From a virus (lineage: Duplodnaviria > Caudoviricetes), in the IMG/VR virus record IMGVR_UViG_3300002301_000031, positions 1-42,626 of that record: a stretch of DNA of 42,626 nucleotides. One strand, 5' to 3'. Below, in pieces: positions 9,069 to 18,932 of the stretch. The stretch's first letter is position 1. Every line of letters begins with the position of its first letter. A program made the translations under genes and the position numbers. Under the pieces are notes generated by a model that saw only the letters and a program-made list of their open reading frames with translations, was not told the origin of the DNA and ran no database searches.

Positions 9069-12000
9069 TTATGCTACTGGAACAGTAGCAGTAGTATTGC
9101 TTAGACCACCCTGATTTGCGTTTGTTCCAGCAATGGCACCAGTGTTCAATACACGAACTGGGATGTAGATAAACTCTACTGCCTTTGTTGGCTCAATCGC
9201 AATATCAATATGCAACTCATTGCGATCAATTGTTGCTGGTGTGTTGTTTGTAGTATCGCAAACAACTAGATAATCATATACACCACGCTGTGTCTTGATG
9301 TCGTTAAGCAAGGCAGATACTGCATTTGTAGCCTGATTACGAGTTACTGTATCATTTGGCTCAAATACTAGTGGCTTTGCAAGACGCTCTAGATTATAAC
9401 GGATATAGTTGATCAAACGAGCAACATTGATACGATCAAGCGCAGTAGCAGTTGCCTGACGAGTATGGTTACCATAGTTAAGGATACCATCTGTTGGGAA
9501 TACTGCAACAGGGTTGACATTGTTGGCGTATAGAAGATCACGAAGACCTTGGTTAGTTCCAATACTATAGAACTTACCAGTTGTGCGGTCAACATAACCA
9601 ATCTTAGTAACATTGTCAATCTTACCACGAAGAGCGCCTGCTGGAGCAAACCATGGAGCACTTGCCTGATCACTCTTAATGATCATGCGAAGGATAGCAT
9701 GAGTGATTGGAACAACCACTTGTCCATTTCCATCAAGTGCATTAGTATATGCAGCACCTGGATAGAACACAGCAGTGTAACTATCGTTAGTTACAAGACC
9801 ATCTTCGCCAGTATCGCCTGCGCCAGCAGCATTAGTAATATATCTGTTAACAGTTGATGCATCGCTTGTGAGACCCATTGGAGTATCGGCAATAACAAAT
9901 CCAGTATTACGACGATCATTATTAAGGCTATTCAAGTTAGTTGTCAATTCAGGATAACCTGGGCAAACAAGTAAGTTGAAGTTAATTTGGTCTTCGCGAA
10001 GTACTGTATTAATATCAACTGCTTCTTTTAGTGCGCTTACTACAACATTGCGTTGTGCCTTGCGACCAAAGTATGGCTGACCAACACTATTGCTACCGCT
10101 TACACTTGCCCAAGTTGCAGCAACTTGTGGTAGGCTTTGTAGTGGATAGTTAGTGCTGTTGAACTTGCTTGCAATATACTTCTTAACATTGTAACTGCTA
10201 CGACGAGTATTGAATAGAAGCATACCACGAGGATATAGTTGTGGGTTTGGTGCATCTAGATCAGTATAGTCACTTGTTAGCAAGCTAACAATAGTTGGCT
10301 TATTTCCAAGAGCAGGATCAACTGTTCCGCTTGAATCCCAACGAGTATCAGCAAATAGAACACCGTTTTCAGTTGTAGTATCAGTTGTATCTATCTGAAC
10401 CCACTGATCTGTGCCACTATAACGCTGCCAACGATAAATTGCAGGATAATTCTCAAGATTACTTGTATTAATCCAGATATCACCATACACGAGTGCAGTG
10501 CCATCAGTTTGTGTTGTTGGTTTTGCGCTGCTAATAATTGGACCAAGTGGATCAGTGTTAGCAAGATTATAACCACGACTATCGCTAGTTACGTTATGAT
10601 AACCTTTCCAATTAGTTCCATTATTAATCATGATATCAACTTCAAGAGGAGTTGAGTAATACCATAAAGTGCCATCATCAGGTGCTACAATTGGCTGAGT
10701 AGCTTGCTGATAAAGCATATCAGCAGGTTGCCAATAAGTTCCAGTAAATGCAACACCAGCAGTATAACTGCCAGCATCATAGAACACATTAGGAGTGCTA
10801 TTTGGTACGATGCCTGCTGAAACACTTAGTGGTGTACCAACTGTTTCAGTGAATACAATATCACCGCCATTTGTATGACCGAACTGAATATTATTAGTGC
10901 TTGTTAATGTGCAAGTTAGATATGGAATATTCTGAGCAAGAACATTGCTTACGAAGCTTGCTGCGGTAGTGCCAGTTAATGTAACAGTATAAGTGCTACT
11001 CAATGAACTGCTGCCAGGCACAGTAACTTGAATAGTAAATGCATTGCTTGCAGTAAATGTTGGATTAGAAACACTTCCAGTAACTGTTAGTGCAGTTCCA
11101 CTTCCCATCCATTGATAAACTTTGAATGAACCAGTATTATTCAATAGAATGTCATACTTAACAAACAATGTATCGTTAGCAATACCAAGACCACCAAGAG
11201 TTGGATCAAAGTTATAGGTTGCAAGACGACGATGTTGGAATAGAGGAGCAACAATATTGTCCCAATTTGTAGTAGAACTGTTCCAACGATAAATGCTCCA
11301 GTTTGCACCGCTGTTAACAGCAGTTGTTTTTAACCAAATACTTCCACTTGGACGAGGAGCACTATCAGTTGATTTCCAGTATGGAACACTGTAATGAGCA
11401 CTATATTGCAATGCTGGACTATAATATGTACCAGCAGCAATGCCAAGATTTGTTAGAGGAGTACCACTGCTTTGGCTGATGATAACTTTACCATCTGCTG
11501 TCTGGTTATAGCCAGCACTTGCAGCAGCAGCATTAGCAAATAGTTCAAAGTAACCATTGATCAACTGAGCATTGATGCCTGGAAGACCACTGCTATTAAT
11601 TGTTGCAACAAGATTAGCAACACTTGAGTTAGCAATAGTGAATGAATTTCCGTTAATTGTTAGAACATTGGTCAAGCTAAGAGAAGTTGCTTGTGAATTA
11701 CCAACAATTGTTGGTGTTCTAATTGCCCAAGAATTGCTACCAATAGTCTGCCATGAGTTATCATACATTTTTTGATAAACTGTATTTTTAACATCGGTTG
11801 CATTGATTGCATAGCTACCAATTACACCAACATTGCTGTAAGGAACACCGCTAGTGAGTAGTGTTGGATCAGTGATAACTGTTGGAGTCTGTACATTGAA
11901 TACTTGGTTAGTAGCATCCCATTGGAAAATACCATAATTAGTAGTCGCTGTATCTACCCACTGTGTTCCACCTGCTGGTTCAGCATATGGACGGCTGCTG

Positions 12001-12365
12001 CTGCCACTTAGTTGATTAAGATCAACATTAGCGCGTAAAATATAAGCCTGATTAGTTACACCAAGAGTGCTGTGTGCAGCCATAAGACCATACTCAGCAA
12101 GTTCACTACCAAACAAACGATTGCCGCTGGCATCGGTTGGGAAAATAGGAAGTCCATAATTATTAAGCAAGTCTTTCTGACTTGTTAAAAGTTGTAAAGT
12201 GTTGACTGTTGAAGAGGTGGTATAGCTTGCAATACCTCCCGCAGTACTTGTTTTGTTGCTTGCTGTCGCAAGAAGAATAAATGGTACAGTACCTGGTCCT
12301 GTTGGAGCATAATTGCTCTCATCAACGACCGTTACTGAAACACCTGGTGATACTAAAGTTGCCAT
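9069..12365 (-). CDS. Tail sheath protein (gp18-like) with large internal insertion domains
   Basis: N-terminal LVSPGVSV..VDES; C-terminal PWFAPAG..RG, LY...VNP, LDRINVARL, FEPND..TR, P.KAVEFIY. Confidence 0.95.
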   Translation of the reverse strand: MATLVSPGVSVTVVDESNYAPTGPGTVPFILLATASNKTSTAGGIASYTTSSTVNTLQLLTSQKDLLNNYGLPIFPTDASGNRLFGSELAEYGLMAAHSTLGVTNQAYILRANVDLNQLSGSSSRPYAEPAGGTQWVDTATTNYGIFQWDATNQVFNVQTPTVITDPTLLTSGVPYSNVGVIGSYAINATDVKNTVYQKMYDNSWQTIGSNSWAIRTPTIVGNSQATSLSLTNVLTINGNSFTIANSSVANLVATINSSGLPGINAQLINGYFELFANAAAASAGYNQTADGKVIISQSSGTPLTNLGIAAGTYYSPALQYSAHYSVPYWKSTDSAPRPSGSIWLKTTAVNSGANWSIYRWNSSTTNWDNIVAPLFQHRRLATYNFDPTLGGLGIANDTLFVKYDILLNNTGSFKVYQWMGSGTALTVTGSVSNPTFTASNAFTIQVTVPGSSSLSSTYTVTLTGTTAASFVSNVLAQNIPYLTCTLTSTNNIQFGHTNGGDIVFTETVGTPLSVSAGIVPNSTPNVFYDAGSYTAGVAFTGTYWQPADMLYQQATQPIVAPDDGTLWYYSTPLEVDIMINNGTNWKGYHNVTSDSRGYNLANTDPLGPIISSAKPTTQTDGTALVYGDIWINTSNLENYPAIYRWQRYSGTDQWVQIDTTDTTTENGVLFADTRWDSSGTVDPALGNKPTIVSLLTSDYTDLDAPNPQLYPRGMLLFNTRRSSYNVKKYIASKFNSTNYPLQSLPQVAATWASVSGSNSVGQPYFGRKAQRNVVVSALKEAVDINTVLREDQINFNLLVCPGYPELTTNLNSLNNDRRNTGFVIADTPMGLTSDASTVNRYITNAAGAGDTGEDGLVTNDSYTAVFYPGAAYTNALDGNGQVVVPITHAILRMIIKSDQASAPWFAPAGALRGKIDNVTKIGYVDRTTGKFYSIGTNQGLRDLLYANNVNPVAVFPTDGILNYGNHTRQATATALDRINVARLINYIRYNLERLAKPLVFEPNDTVTRNQATNAVSALLNDIKTQRGVYDYLVVCDTTNNTPATIDRNELHIDIAIEPTKAVEFIYIPVRVLNTGAIAGTNANQGGLSNTTATVPVA

Positions 12366-12445
12366 AGGGTCTATTCCTTTTAAGGTTACTAATATTTAGC
12401 GGATAGCCTTAAAAGACCCCCTATTCTAGGAGTTATATATGGATA

Positions 12446-13051
12446 TTATAGTAAACTTTTAACTTTCTCTTCTAATTCAGAGAGTGTTCCATCATTATTG
12501 ATTAATTGGTCAAGATTTTCTTTAACCCATGACCATTCACTGGGATGAATATCTTGTGGTTCTTCCCCATGTTGAACAAGTTTGACCAACCAATCAGGGT
12601 CTTCGCCGCGACGAACGCCCCATATTTCGCCACCAAGACGACGAATCATTTCAATTTCATTGGGGAAACGGGTATCTGGAATAACAATGTTATTATATTC
12701 AAATGGACTGTTTACAATTTTAGAAAGTTTATTCTCTACGCTTGCAATCCAAATATCTTCATGGAAGTTAACACGGCAAACATCGGTTCCCCAATATTGC
12801 AGCACCCAACGAGGCGTTAAATTTTCAATACCAAGTCGTGTTGACCACCATTGATCAACTTGTTCACGCCATTCACGGCTTTCTTTTGTATCGCCTTCAA
12901 GTAGGTGACGAGGCCAATTGAATACATTAGCCACCATATCTTTAAGACTGTCGGCAAAACTTACTTTTTCAAAACCATGTTCTTTAACAAGAATATCCGC
13001 AACGGTTCCTTTGCCACCACCGATAAGACCGCATACACCAATTATCTTCAT
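12446..13051 (-). CDS. Deoxynucleoside monophosphate kinase (T4 gp1-like)
   Basis: IIGVCG..GGGKGT, SFADSLK, R.VLQ.WGT, DTRFPNE, H.SE; TTGACA at 13081-13086 (minus). Confidence 0.92.
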   Translation of the reverse strand: MKIIGVCGLIGGGKGTVADILVKEHGFEKVSFADSLKDMVANVFNWPRHLLEGDTKESREWREQVDQWWSTRLGIENLTPRWVLQYWGTDVCRVNFHEDIWIASVENKLSKIVNSPFEYNNIVIPDTRFPNEIEMIRRLGGEIWGVRRGEDPDWLVKLVQHGEEPQDIHPSEWSWVKENLDQLINNDGTLSELEEKVKSLL

Positions 13052-13089
13052 GTTTTTACTTTAACAAAAGATAACAAGGATGTCAAATA

Positions 13090-13842
13090 TTATCCGATAA
13101 CAAACCACATTGGAGTTTCACCAGTCATGCTATTGGTGATTTCAAGTTCAAGGGCTTCAACCTTAGCCTGAGCACGAGTAATAAGATCAGTTCCATTAAG
13201 GCTAGTTCCACCCTGTGGACCAGGCAATGTTGAGAACTTGCTACGAGCCTCGCCTAACATCATCATGCATTTTGAAAGAGTATATTCTTTAATCCATGGA
13301 TAGCTGTATTGATCAGTTAGCAATGTAATATCAGGTCTATAATTTTCTGTCCAAAGCAAAATAGTTTCTTGTGCTGCTTGTGGACGACGCATGATAGTTA
13401 ATTGTTTGGTAACCGTATTATATTGATAGTTTAGATAACCGCCAAATAGTTTTGAAGCTTCTTTCAAGAACGAGTTATACAAATACCAAGTTGCAAGACC
13501 GCCAACACGACCCGACTGAATCATATAGAAGTTAACGAAACCTGCTTCAAATGGTTCATATTGAGAAGATGTTCCACTGTTTGCACCAATATTACGCTTG
13601 AATACATTGCGAACACTTATAACTTCATTTGGGAGAGTATATGTATTTTGATTTTCTAACAAGTTTAAGAATGAATAACTTTCTTCTGTACTATTAGCAC
13701 TGCGTTGACGATATCTAACAAGAGACTGATTTAATGCAATTTCATAATGAGCAGGATCGAGTTCAACATCAACCATGCCATCGCCAAGTGAATAACGAAC
13801 ATAATCAAATATTTGTGTTTTAAGTTCTTGTAAGGTTGCCAT
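13090..13842 (-). CDS. Neck protein (gp13-like)
   Basis: LG...VDVEL, Y.LP.EV.SV, W.KEY......LG..R.KF..LPGP.GGT.LNG. Confidence 0.85.
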   Translation of the reverse strand: MATLQELKTQIFDYVRYSLGDGMVDVELDPAHYEIALNQSLVRYRQRSANSTEESYSFLNLLENQNTYTLPNEVISVRNVFKRNIGANSGTSSQYEPFEAGFVNFYMIQSGRVGGLATWYLYNSFLKEASKLFGGYLNYQYNTVTKQLTIMRRPQAAQETILLWTENYRPDITLLTDQYSYPWIKEYTLSKCMMMLGEARSKFSTLPGPQGGTSLNGTDLITRAQAKVEALELEITNSMTGETPMWFVIG

Positions 13843-13871
13843 GAAAATATTTATCGTTTAGGAATATCATT

Positions 13872-14162
13872 CTAAACTCCAAATCGCATATAATAATATG
13901 TTAAATCTTCTGGTTCAAATTGTGCAGTCACCGCTACACGATAGTCAAGTGTATCATAGGCAAGGTGGGTATGAAAAGTTACGCTATCTGCAACAGCATT
14001 TTCTCGCACCCAACGATAGTTTTCTTGCTTATGCCACTCTATATGGGCTAATAATATTATTTCTTCTACTTGCCGAGTTTTGGATAATCCATATCGTCCA
14101 TGCTCCCAAGTTGATTGAGGTAAAGAAATTTGATAAACCGTGATAGGTTTAGAAGGGAGCAT
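13872..14162 (-). CDS. Hypothetical protein, C-terminal ..YYMRF motif family
   Basis: Start moved to MLPSKP, overlapping the upstream stop. Confidence 0.65.
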   Translation of the reverse strand: MLPSKPITVYQISLPQSTWEHGRYGLSKTRQVEEIILLAHIEWHKQENYRWVRENAVADSVTFHTHLAYDTLDYRVAVTAQFEPEDLTYYYMRFGV

Positions 14163-14598
14163 CCCCGTATTCTCCTTCAAACCAGCGGTCAGTGGCTGTG
14201 TCTTTATCATCATGCCAGTGGTCTGGTCCTGGGTCTTTTCCATTTACGATAGCCTTTGTCATGCGATCCATTTTACGCTGATCTGTTAATTTCTTTTCAC
14301 GATCAGCGACAGTCTTGTCCTTAAAGCCAAGTACATTCATATATTCACGATGCTTCATCCAACCATGCATAAAATGGATGCAATCTTCTGCGCTGCCACT
14401 GTATATGACTACACCACGAGAATAGATTGGCAATGCCGTACCATCATCGTCTGGTACCGTAAGAGAAAAATCTGCACCGCCATTCTGTTCATAAGCATAA
14501 GAATTAAACGCACCACGATTTGGTTTAATTTCAAAACCAAGATTGGTAGCGAGACCTGTTAGGTCATTGATAATCCGATAGTGATTGTAATTTGTCAT
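14149..14598 (-). CDS. Hypothetical protein
   Basis: Coupled operon arrangement; AGGA RBS. Confidence 0.7.
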   Translation of the reverse strand: MTNYNHYRIINDLTGLATNLGFEIKPNRGAFNSYAYEQNGGADFSLTVPDDDGTALPIYSRGVVIYSGSAEDCIHFMHGWMKHREYMNVLGFKDKTVADREKKLTDQRKMDRMTKAIVNGKDPGPDHWHDDKDTATDRWFEGEYGDAPF

Positions 14599-14876
14599 TA
14601 TACATATCCTACGATAAGTTTCACCAAATCTTCTTCATTCAGGTAAAAATTTGCTCGCCCATGTGATTCGCGCTGATAAAAAATCATGGGTGGTGAAAAT
14701 TCATACCAAGTTGAACTATAATTTTCAAAGTTGTTGACAATATAATAATATAATTTGCTAATTTCCCGAAAACTGTAAACAGTGATACGATGGGTATAGT
14801 GCTGCCGCATTTTATTGCGACCATCCATTCTTACCCAACGAGTGTGAGTATCCAAGTAACCACTGTCGTATTTCAT
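14598..14876 (-). CDS. Hypothetical protein
   Basis: AAGGTG RBS; stop/start overlap with the next gene. Confidence 0.65.
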   Translation of the reverse strand: MKYDSGYLDTHTRWVRMDGRNKMRQHYTHRITVYSFREISKLYYYIVNNFENYSSTWYEFSPPMIFYQRESHGRANFYLNEEDLVKLIVGYV

Positions 14877-14884
14877 AAATCACC

Positions 14885-16057
14885 TTACTTGATTGATTTA
14901 AGAATTACTGTATCACCGTTTAGCCGTCCTGTCAAGGCAATTTCTGTAGCACGAATACCATCCATGAACTTACGAAGTTGGATTTTACCTGCACCCATAA
15001 ATGCCTTCATCTGTTCTTGTGGCTTGCGCAGCGTCTTTGCAACGCTCAGCTTTTCATCAAAGCCAAGAATAGTGCTGCCTTTGATGCCCAATACGCCACT
15101 GCTGACGGCAGCAACATACTTGCCAATCTTACGGGTCTTAGTATTATAAACCCACAATTCGGTTGCACCAATGATATCCACAGGATTGATAGACACAACA
15201 TTAAGTTCTTTGAACTCTGTCATGTACTTGACATTCTTAACCACCTTCTCCTTGCTTGGTGGGCGAGCCTTGCGAACCTTACGCACAGCAGCCTTGACTA
15301 CGCCATAGGTTGTGAGGGCATCAAAGAGTGCCTTATACCAAGCATCATAACGCTTGAACACTGGCTTGGTCATCCAAGCATAAGCTTCACGCAAGGCAGC
15401 ATCGCCCTTCTTGTCTTGACCTTCAAGCAATTCTGCATACTGTTCTGCATACTTTTCACGGATACGAGCAACAAATGCCTGTGGCATATTCCCTTCACGG
15501 AAATAAGCCATGAAATCAGGCAACTCAGCGGTGCCTTCAATCATCGTATCATACATGGCTTCAAGATCACCGATAGTATCAGCCAACTTATCGCGCATAT
15601 GATCTTGTACATTGCGCTTAGCAATTGGCTTTACCACTACTTCTTTCTTTTCAGCAAGACGAGCGTTGCCATAGGCAAGCAATTCTGCAATCTTGTTGGT
15701 GATGAACTCGGCATCAGGAGACATCGGGCAACCACGCAAGATCATCTTAGAGATACTGCCAATGGTAATGCCAACACGACTATCTTCACATTCGGCAAAT
15801 GCAGCGATTTCTGCTTTGCCCCATTTAAGATGCTGCTGACCAAACTCTACCACATACTTGCGCATATCGGCAGCACTCATATAATAATTGTAGAAATATA
15901 GCGCATGAGTAATCTCCTGACGCAGTTTGTCAGGAGACCACTTTTTAACATCAGTCCACACTGGTTCTGGACCAGTGAACTTTTCATCCATAAACTTAGG
16001 TTGACGAACAACCGTCTTTTTAGGTTTGGTTTTGAGCATCAGTGCGGACTTAGCCAT
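14885..16057 (-). CDS. T4-like phage hypothetical protein (390 aa)
   Basis: Long ORF with strong codon bias and GGAG RBS; C-terminal L.SINP..IIGA..LWVYNTKTRK...KTLRKP...TGRLN..T, recalled from T4-like phage hypotheticals. Confidence 0.8.
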   Translation of the reverse strand: MAKSALMLKTKPKKTVVRQPKFMDEKFTGPEPVWTDVKKWSPDKLRQEITHALYFYNYYMSAADMRKYVVEFGQQHLKWGKAEIAAFAECEDSRVGITIGSISKMILRGCPMSPDAEFITNKIAELLAYGNARLAEKKEVVVKPIAKRNVQDHMRDKLADTIGDLEAMYDTMIEGTAELPDFMAYFREGNMPQAFVARIREKYAEQYAELLEGQDKKGDAALREAYAWMTKPVFKRYDAWYKALFDALTTYGVVKAAVRKVRKARPPSKEKVVKNVKYMTEFKELNVVSINPVDIIGATELWVYNTKTRKIGKYVAAVSSGVLGIKGSTILGFDEKLSVAKTLRKPQEQMKAFMGAGKIQLRKFMDGIRATEIALTGRLNGDTVILKSIK

Positions 16058-16059
16058 TA

Positions 16060-16629
16060 TTACTTCTCCAAATTGCGGTCATAGAAACCATAGTGCTGTG
16101 ACACATAACGATCATACCGCTCGTCAACGCCATTATCAAAGCGTTCCCAAGATTGATCGTTAAAGTAGTCATACCCGTAATCGTACTTCGTGTCAACATA
16201 TTTCTGCGATGGTGCTGCTTCTTTTGCTTCTACCAGTTGAGCAGTAGAAACACCATGATGCTCGTAACCTTCGGTGCACATATCATAATATGATGTACTA
16301 GGCGTCATTTCATGATCTTGATCAGCCATGCTATAAACCCAAGCAATATATGCTTCGGTGTCGGTTTGAACCAACACACGCTGACGCAAGTAATATGTGG
16401 GAAATCCTTCAAGACGGTCAAGCGCAATCATATCGCTATCGCTGACTTCCCATAACACACCACTGACAATACTACCTACTTCAATCTCAATGTCAGCATG
16501 ATTACGAAACACAAGACGATAGTCGTTCAGATGGGCAACACCTACCAATGTAGCATCAGGGCAACGCTTTGCCATCTGATCAGGGTGAGTGTTCATTCCG
16601 TATCCGAAATAATAACTGCGATATTCCAT
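16060..16629 (-). CDS. Gamma-glutamylcyclotransferase (AIG2-like)
   Basis: YFGYGMN....M..RCP, V.GVLW, LD.LEG.P..Y. Start moved to MEYRSY behind AAGGAG. Confidence 0.88.
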   Translation of the reverse strand: MEYRSYYFGYGMNTHPDQMAKRCPDATLVGVAHLNDYRLVFRNHADIEIEVGSIVSGVLWEVSDSDMIALDRLEGFPTYYLRQRVLVQTDTEAYIAWVYSMADQDHEMTPSTSYYDMCTEGYEHHGVSTAQLVEAKEAAPSQKYVDTKYDYGYDYFNDQSWERFDNGVDERYDRYVSQHYGFYDRNLEK

Positions 16630-16693
16630 AGTAAACTCCTTACGGTAGCGGGCAGACCTTGCCCAAAAGGGGGCATACATTGCCCCATGACTT

Positions 16694-16721
16694 AAAATAC
16701 CACACCTTAGAGATTTGTCAA
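16694..16721 (-). promoter_or_regulatory. Early sigma70-like promoter (divergent partner has TTGACA at 16758 on plus)
   Basis: TTGACA - 16 nt - TATTTT with TG extension. Confidence 0.6.
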
Positions 16722-16791
16722 GCATTATTTTTAATTATATTATGATTTAAAAAACCATTGACAAACAGCCCAATTATGATAAATTCATATT

Positions 16792-17070
16792 ATGTGGCCA
16801 TTAATTATAACTTTAATCCTCGTAACCATCTTGTTACTTTTTAAGATAGCAGAGGGAATTTGGGAATTGGATCAGTGGATAGCTGACACCGATAAACGAT
16901 GGTCAGAAGAATATGATTATGTTCTGGATAAATTTGTCAAAAAACCAACACCAAATCCGAAACCAACCCCAGAACCTGTCAAATTATTGACACCATCTTT
17001 AAAAAACTTTCCAAAATCCAGTGAAGATGCAAAAGCAAAAATTGCAAGATTGATGAAAAATAACAAATAA
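16792..17070 (+). CDS. Small membrane-anchored protein
   Basis: N-terminal hydrophobic helix; Pro/Lys linker. Confidence 0.7.
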   Translation: MWPLIITLILVTILLLFKIAEGIWELDQWIADTDKRWSEEYDYVLDKFVKKPTPNPKPTPEPVKLLTPSLKNFPKSSEDAKAKIARLMKNNK

Positions 17071-17097
17071 AAAAGGCGGGAAAAATTCCCGCCTTTT
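17071..17097. terminator. Bidirectional intrinsic terminator
   Basis: AAAAGGCGGGAA/TTCCCGCCTTTT between convergent genes. Confidence 0.85.
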
Positions 17098-17118
17098 CTT
17101 TATTCTATCTAAACTAGA

Positions 17119-17760
17119 TTAGAACTTTGCAGTTAGACCAACGGAGAACGCATCTCCAGTTGCATTGTAGCTGGTATCATAGCTACGATAAACTGCTGCG
17201 TTTACGCTATAGTTTGATGTAATATCATAAGTTACGCCAGTACCAAGACGATGACTCTGATAGCCATTTGCATCTACGTCAATCGCAGAACGATAACGAT
17301 ACTGAACTGCATTCCAAGTTAGACCATCCATGACCTTATAGTCTGCTGCACCGTATAGTGCATAATATGCAAAGTTTGAAGTAGTGAACTTCTCACCAAC
17401 ACCAACCTTGCCGCTTAGGGTTACACCAGCAAATGCAGGAAGTGCATAACCAGCCTGTGCTTCTAGGTTCTGAGTCAACTTTGAATCTGGAACCTGAGTA
17501 GTGCTTGCAGCACCACCTACAGAGAATCCGCCGCCAAGATTATGCTTATAGGTTACGCCATATGTGTCGTCAACCTTTGCGCCGAAGTTGCTTTCAAGGT
17601 CTTGACCATATGAAAGTGACAAGCTATCAACGCTTGCAGCAGGAGCAGCAACAGCCGCTACTGGAGGAGTAGGGACAGTCTTCTTGCTTGGTAGATCAGT
17701 TGCACTTGCTGCAACAGTAAGTGCCAATAGTGCCATAGTAGTCGTAATAAAAGTCTTCAT
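17119..17760 (-). CDS. Outer-membrane beta-barrel / porin-like protein
   Basis: Sec signal peptide, ATDLPSKK plus Pro/Ala linker, amphipathic beta strands, terminal Phe (GLTAKF). Confidence 0.8.
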   Translation of the reverse strand: MKTFITTTMALLALTVAASATDLPSKKTVPTPPVAAVAAPAASVDSLSLSYGQDLESNFGAKVDDTYGVTYKHNLGGGFSVGGAASTTQVPDSKLTQNLEAQAGYALPAFAGVTLSGKVGVGEKFTTSNFAYYALYGAADYKVMDGLTWNAVQYRYRSAIDVDANGYQSHRLGTGVTYDITSNYSVNAAVYRSYDTSYNATGDAFSVGLTAKF

Positions 17761-17996
17761 TTTGTATTTTCCTTTTTCAGATGTTTGGTTATATCATAGA
17801 CAACAATTTTTGTCTAATTATTTTTCAACCAATATTATTATTAATATTTGTTGAGGCAACGTTTGGTTTTTACTCCATAGTTTAATTTGACAGTATCGTC
17901 GCCATGCTTTCCGTTACCCACTTGATTTGGAAGCATAGATATTTAGTCTAGAAAATGACTATATTATAAAAAGACGGGTTAATCAATAAATATTTG

Positions 17997-18875
17997 ATGC
18001 TCTTAAATGAATTATACGACGAAGACCTAGTTGAAGGCACAATGACAGATAGGTTAAAACGCCTTGCAGCAGCAGGTGCAGTGGCAGGTGGACTTGGTTT
18101 TGGTGGATATTCTGCCATAAATGCTCCAAAATCACCAGAGGTTTCCACTACTGTGGCCCAAACGCAACAACCTCAGCAAACTGACATTCAACAGAAAACT
18201 GAGCCTGAAAAAGTAGAGAAAAAAGTTAATCCTAACTTTCCAAAAGGATTAGCTGATGTTGATAAGATGCAGCCAAATGAACGAGTTCAAGCATTTGTAA
18301 AGACACTATTGCCGTTTGTACAGGCAGAAAATAATAAGATTTTGAATGATCGCAAACGATTAATAATGGATATAAAAGCCATTAGAAGCGGACATAAGTT
18401 AAGTCGTGAGGAAAATGTTTGGGTTAGTAGCATGATAGAAAAGTATGGCGAAAACAAGCCAGACGAACTATTAAAAAAGATTGATATCATTCCACCAAGC
18501 ATTGCGCTAGCACAAGCTGGCATTGAAAGTAGTTGGGGACAAGACCCAAAAACACAAAGCAGCAATGCTTTTTATGGTCAAAAATCATGGGCAAAAACTG
18601 GCGGAGTAGAAGGACCATATGGCGAGAAATATCGCGCATTTGATTCACCAAATCAAAGCATTGCTGCATATATGACTAATCTTAATACACATAATGCATA
18701 TGATGACTTTCGTGCTGCTCGTGCGCAATTTCGTAAAGCTAATAAACCTATCGTGGGACTTCCACTAGTTCCAAAACTTATAAGTTATACCGATACTGGT
18801 AAGGCATATCCACAAAAACTTAAAAGCATCATACAAGGTCGTAATCTAGACCAATATGATATTGTTAAAAAATAA
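17997..18875 (+). CDS. Bax-like GH73 glucosaminidase with N-terminal hydrophobic segment
   Basis: IDIIPPSIALAQA.IES.WG, N.FYG, F.S...S...Y..NLNTH.AY. Confidence 0.85.
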   Translation: MLLNELYDEDLVEGTMTDRLKRLAAAGAVAGGLGFGGYSAINAPKSPEVSTTVAQTQQPQQTDIQQKTEPEKVEKKVNPNFPKGLADVDKMQPNERVQAFVKTLLPFVQAENNKILNDRKRLIMDIKAIRSGHKLSREENVWVSSMIEKYGENKPDELLKKIDIIPPSIALAQAGIESSWGQDPKTQSSNAFYGQKSWAKTGGVEGPYGEKYRAFDSPNQSIAAYMTNLNTHNAYDDFRAARAQFRKANKPIVGLPLVPKLISYTDTGKAYPQKLKSIIQGRNLDQYDIVKK

Positions 18876-18932
18876 TGCTTGACAGATAATCTTTTTCATT
18901 ATATTCTAATCATATTGAAACAGGAGATTCTC

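Noticed and set aside
9069-12365. Intein or intron explaining the oversized sheath
   Set aside because: The frame is continuous, with no intein terminal motifs or LAGLIDADG; the extra length looks like beta-rich insertion domains.
14978-15901. 307-aa plus-strand ORF
   Set aside because: Antisense shadow of the codon-biased 390-aa gene; no RBS and no motifs.
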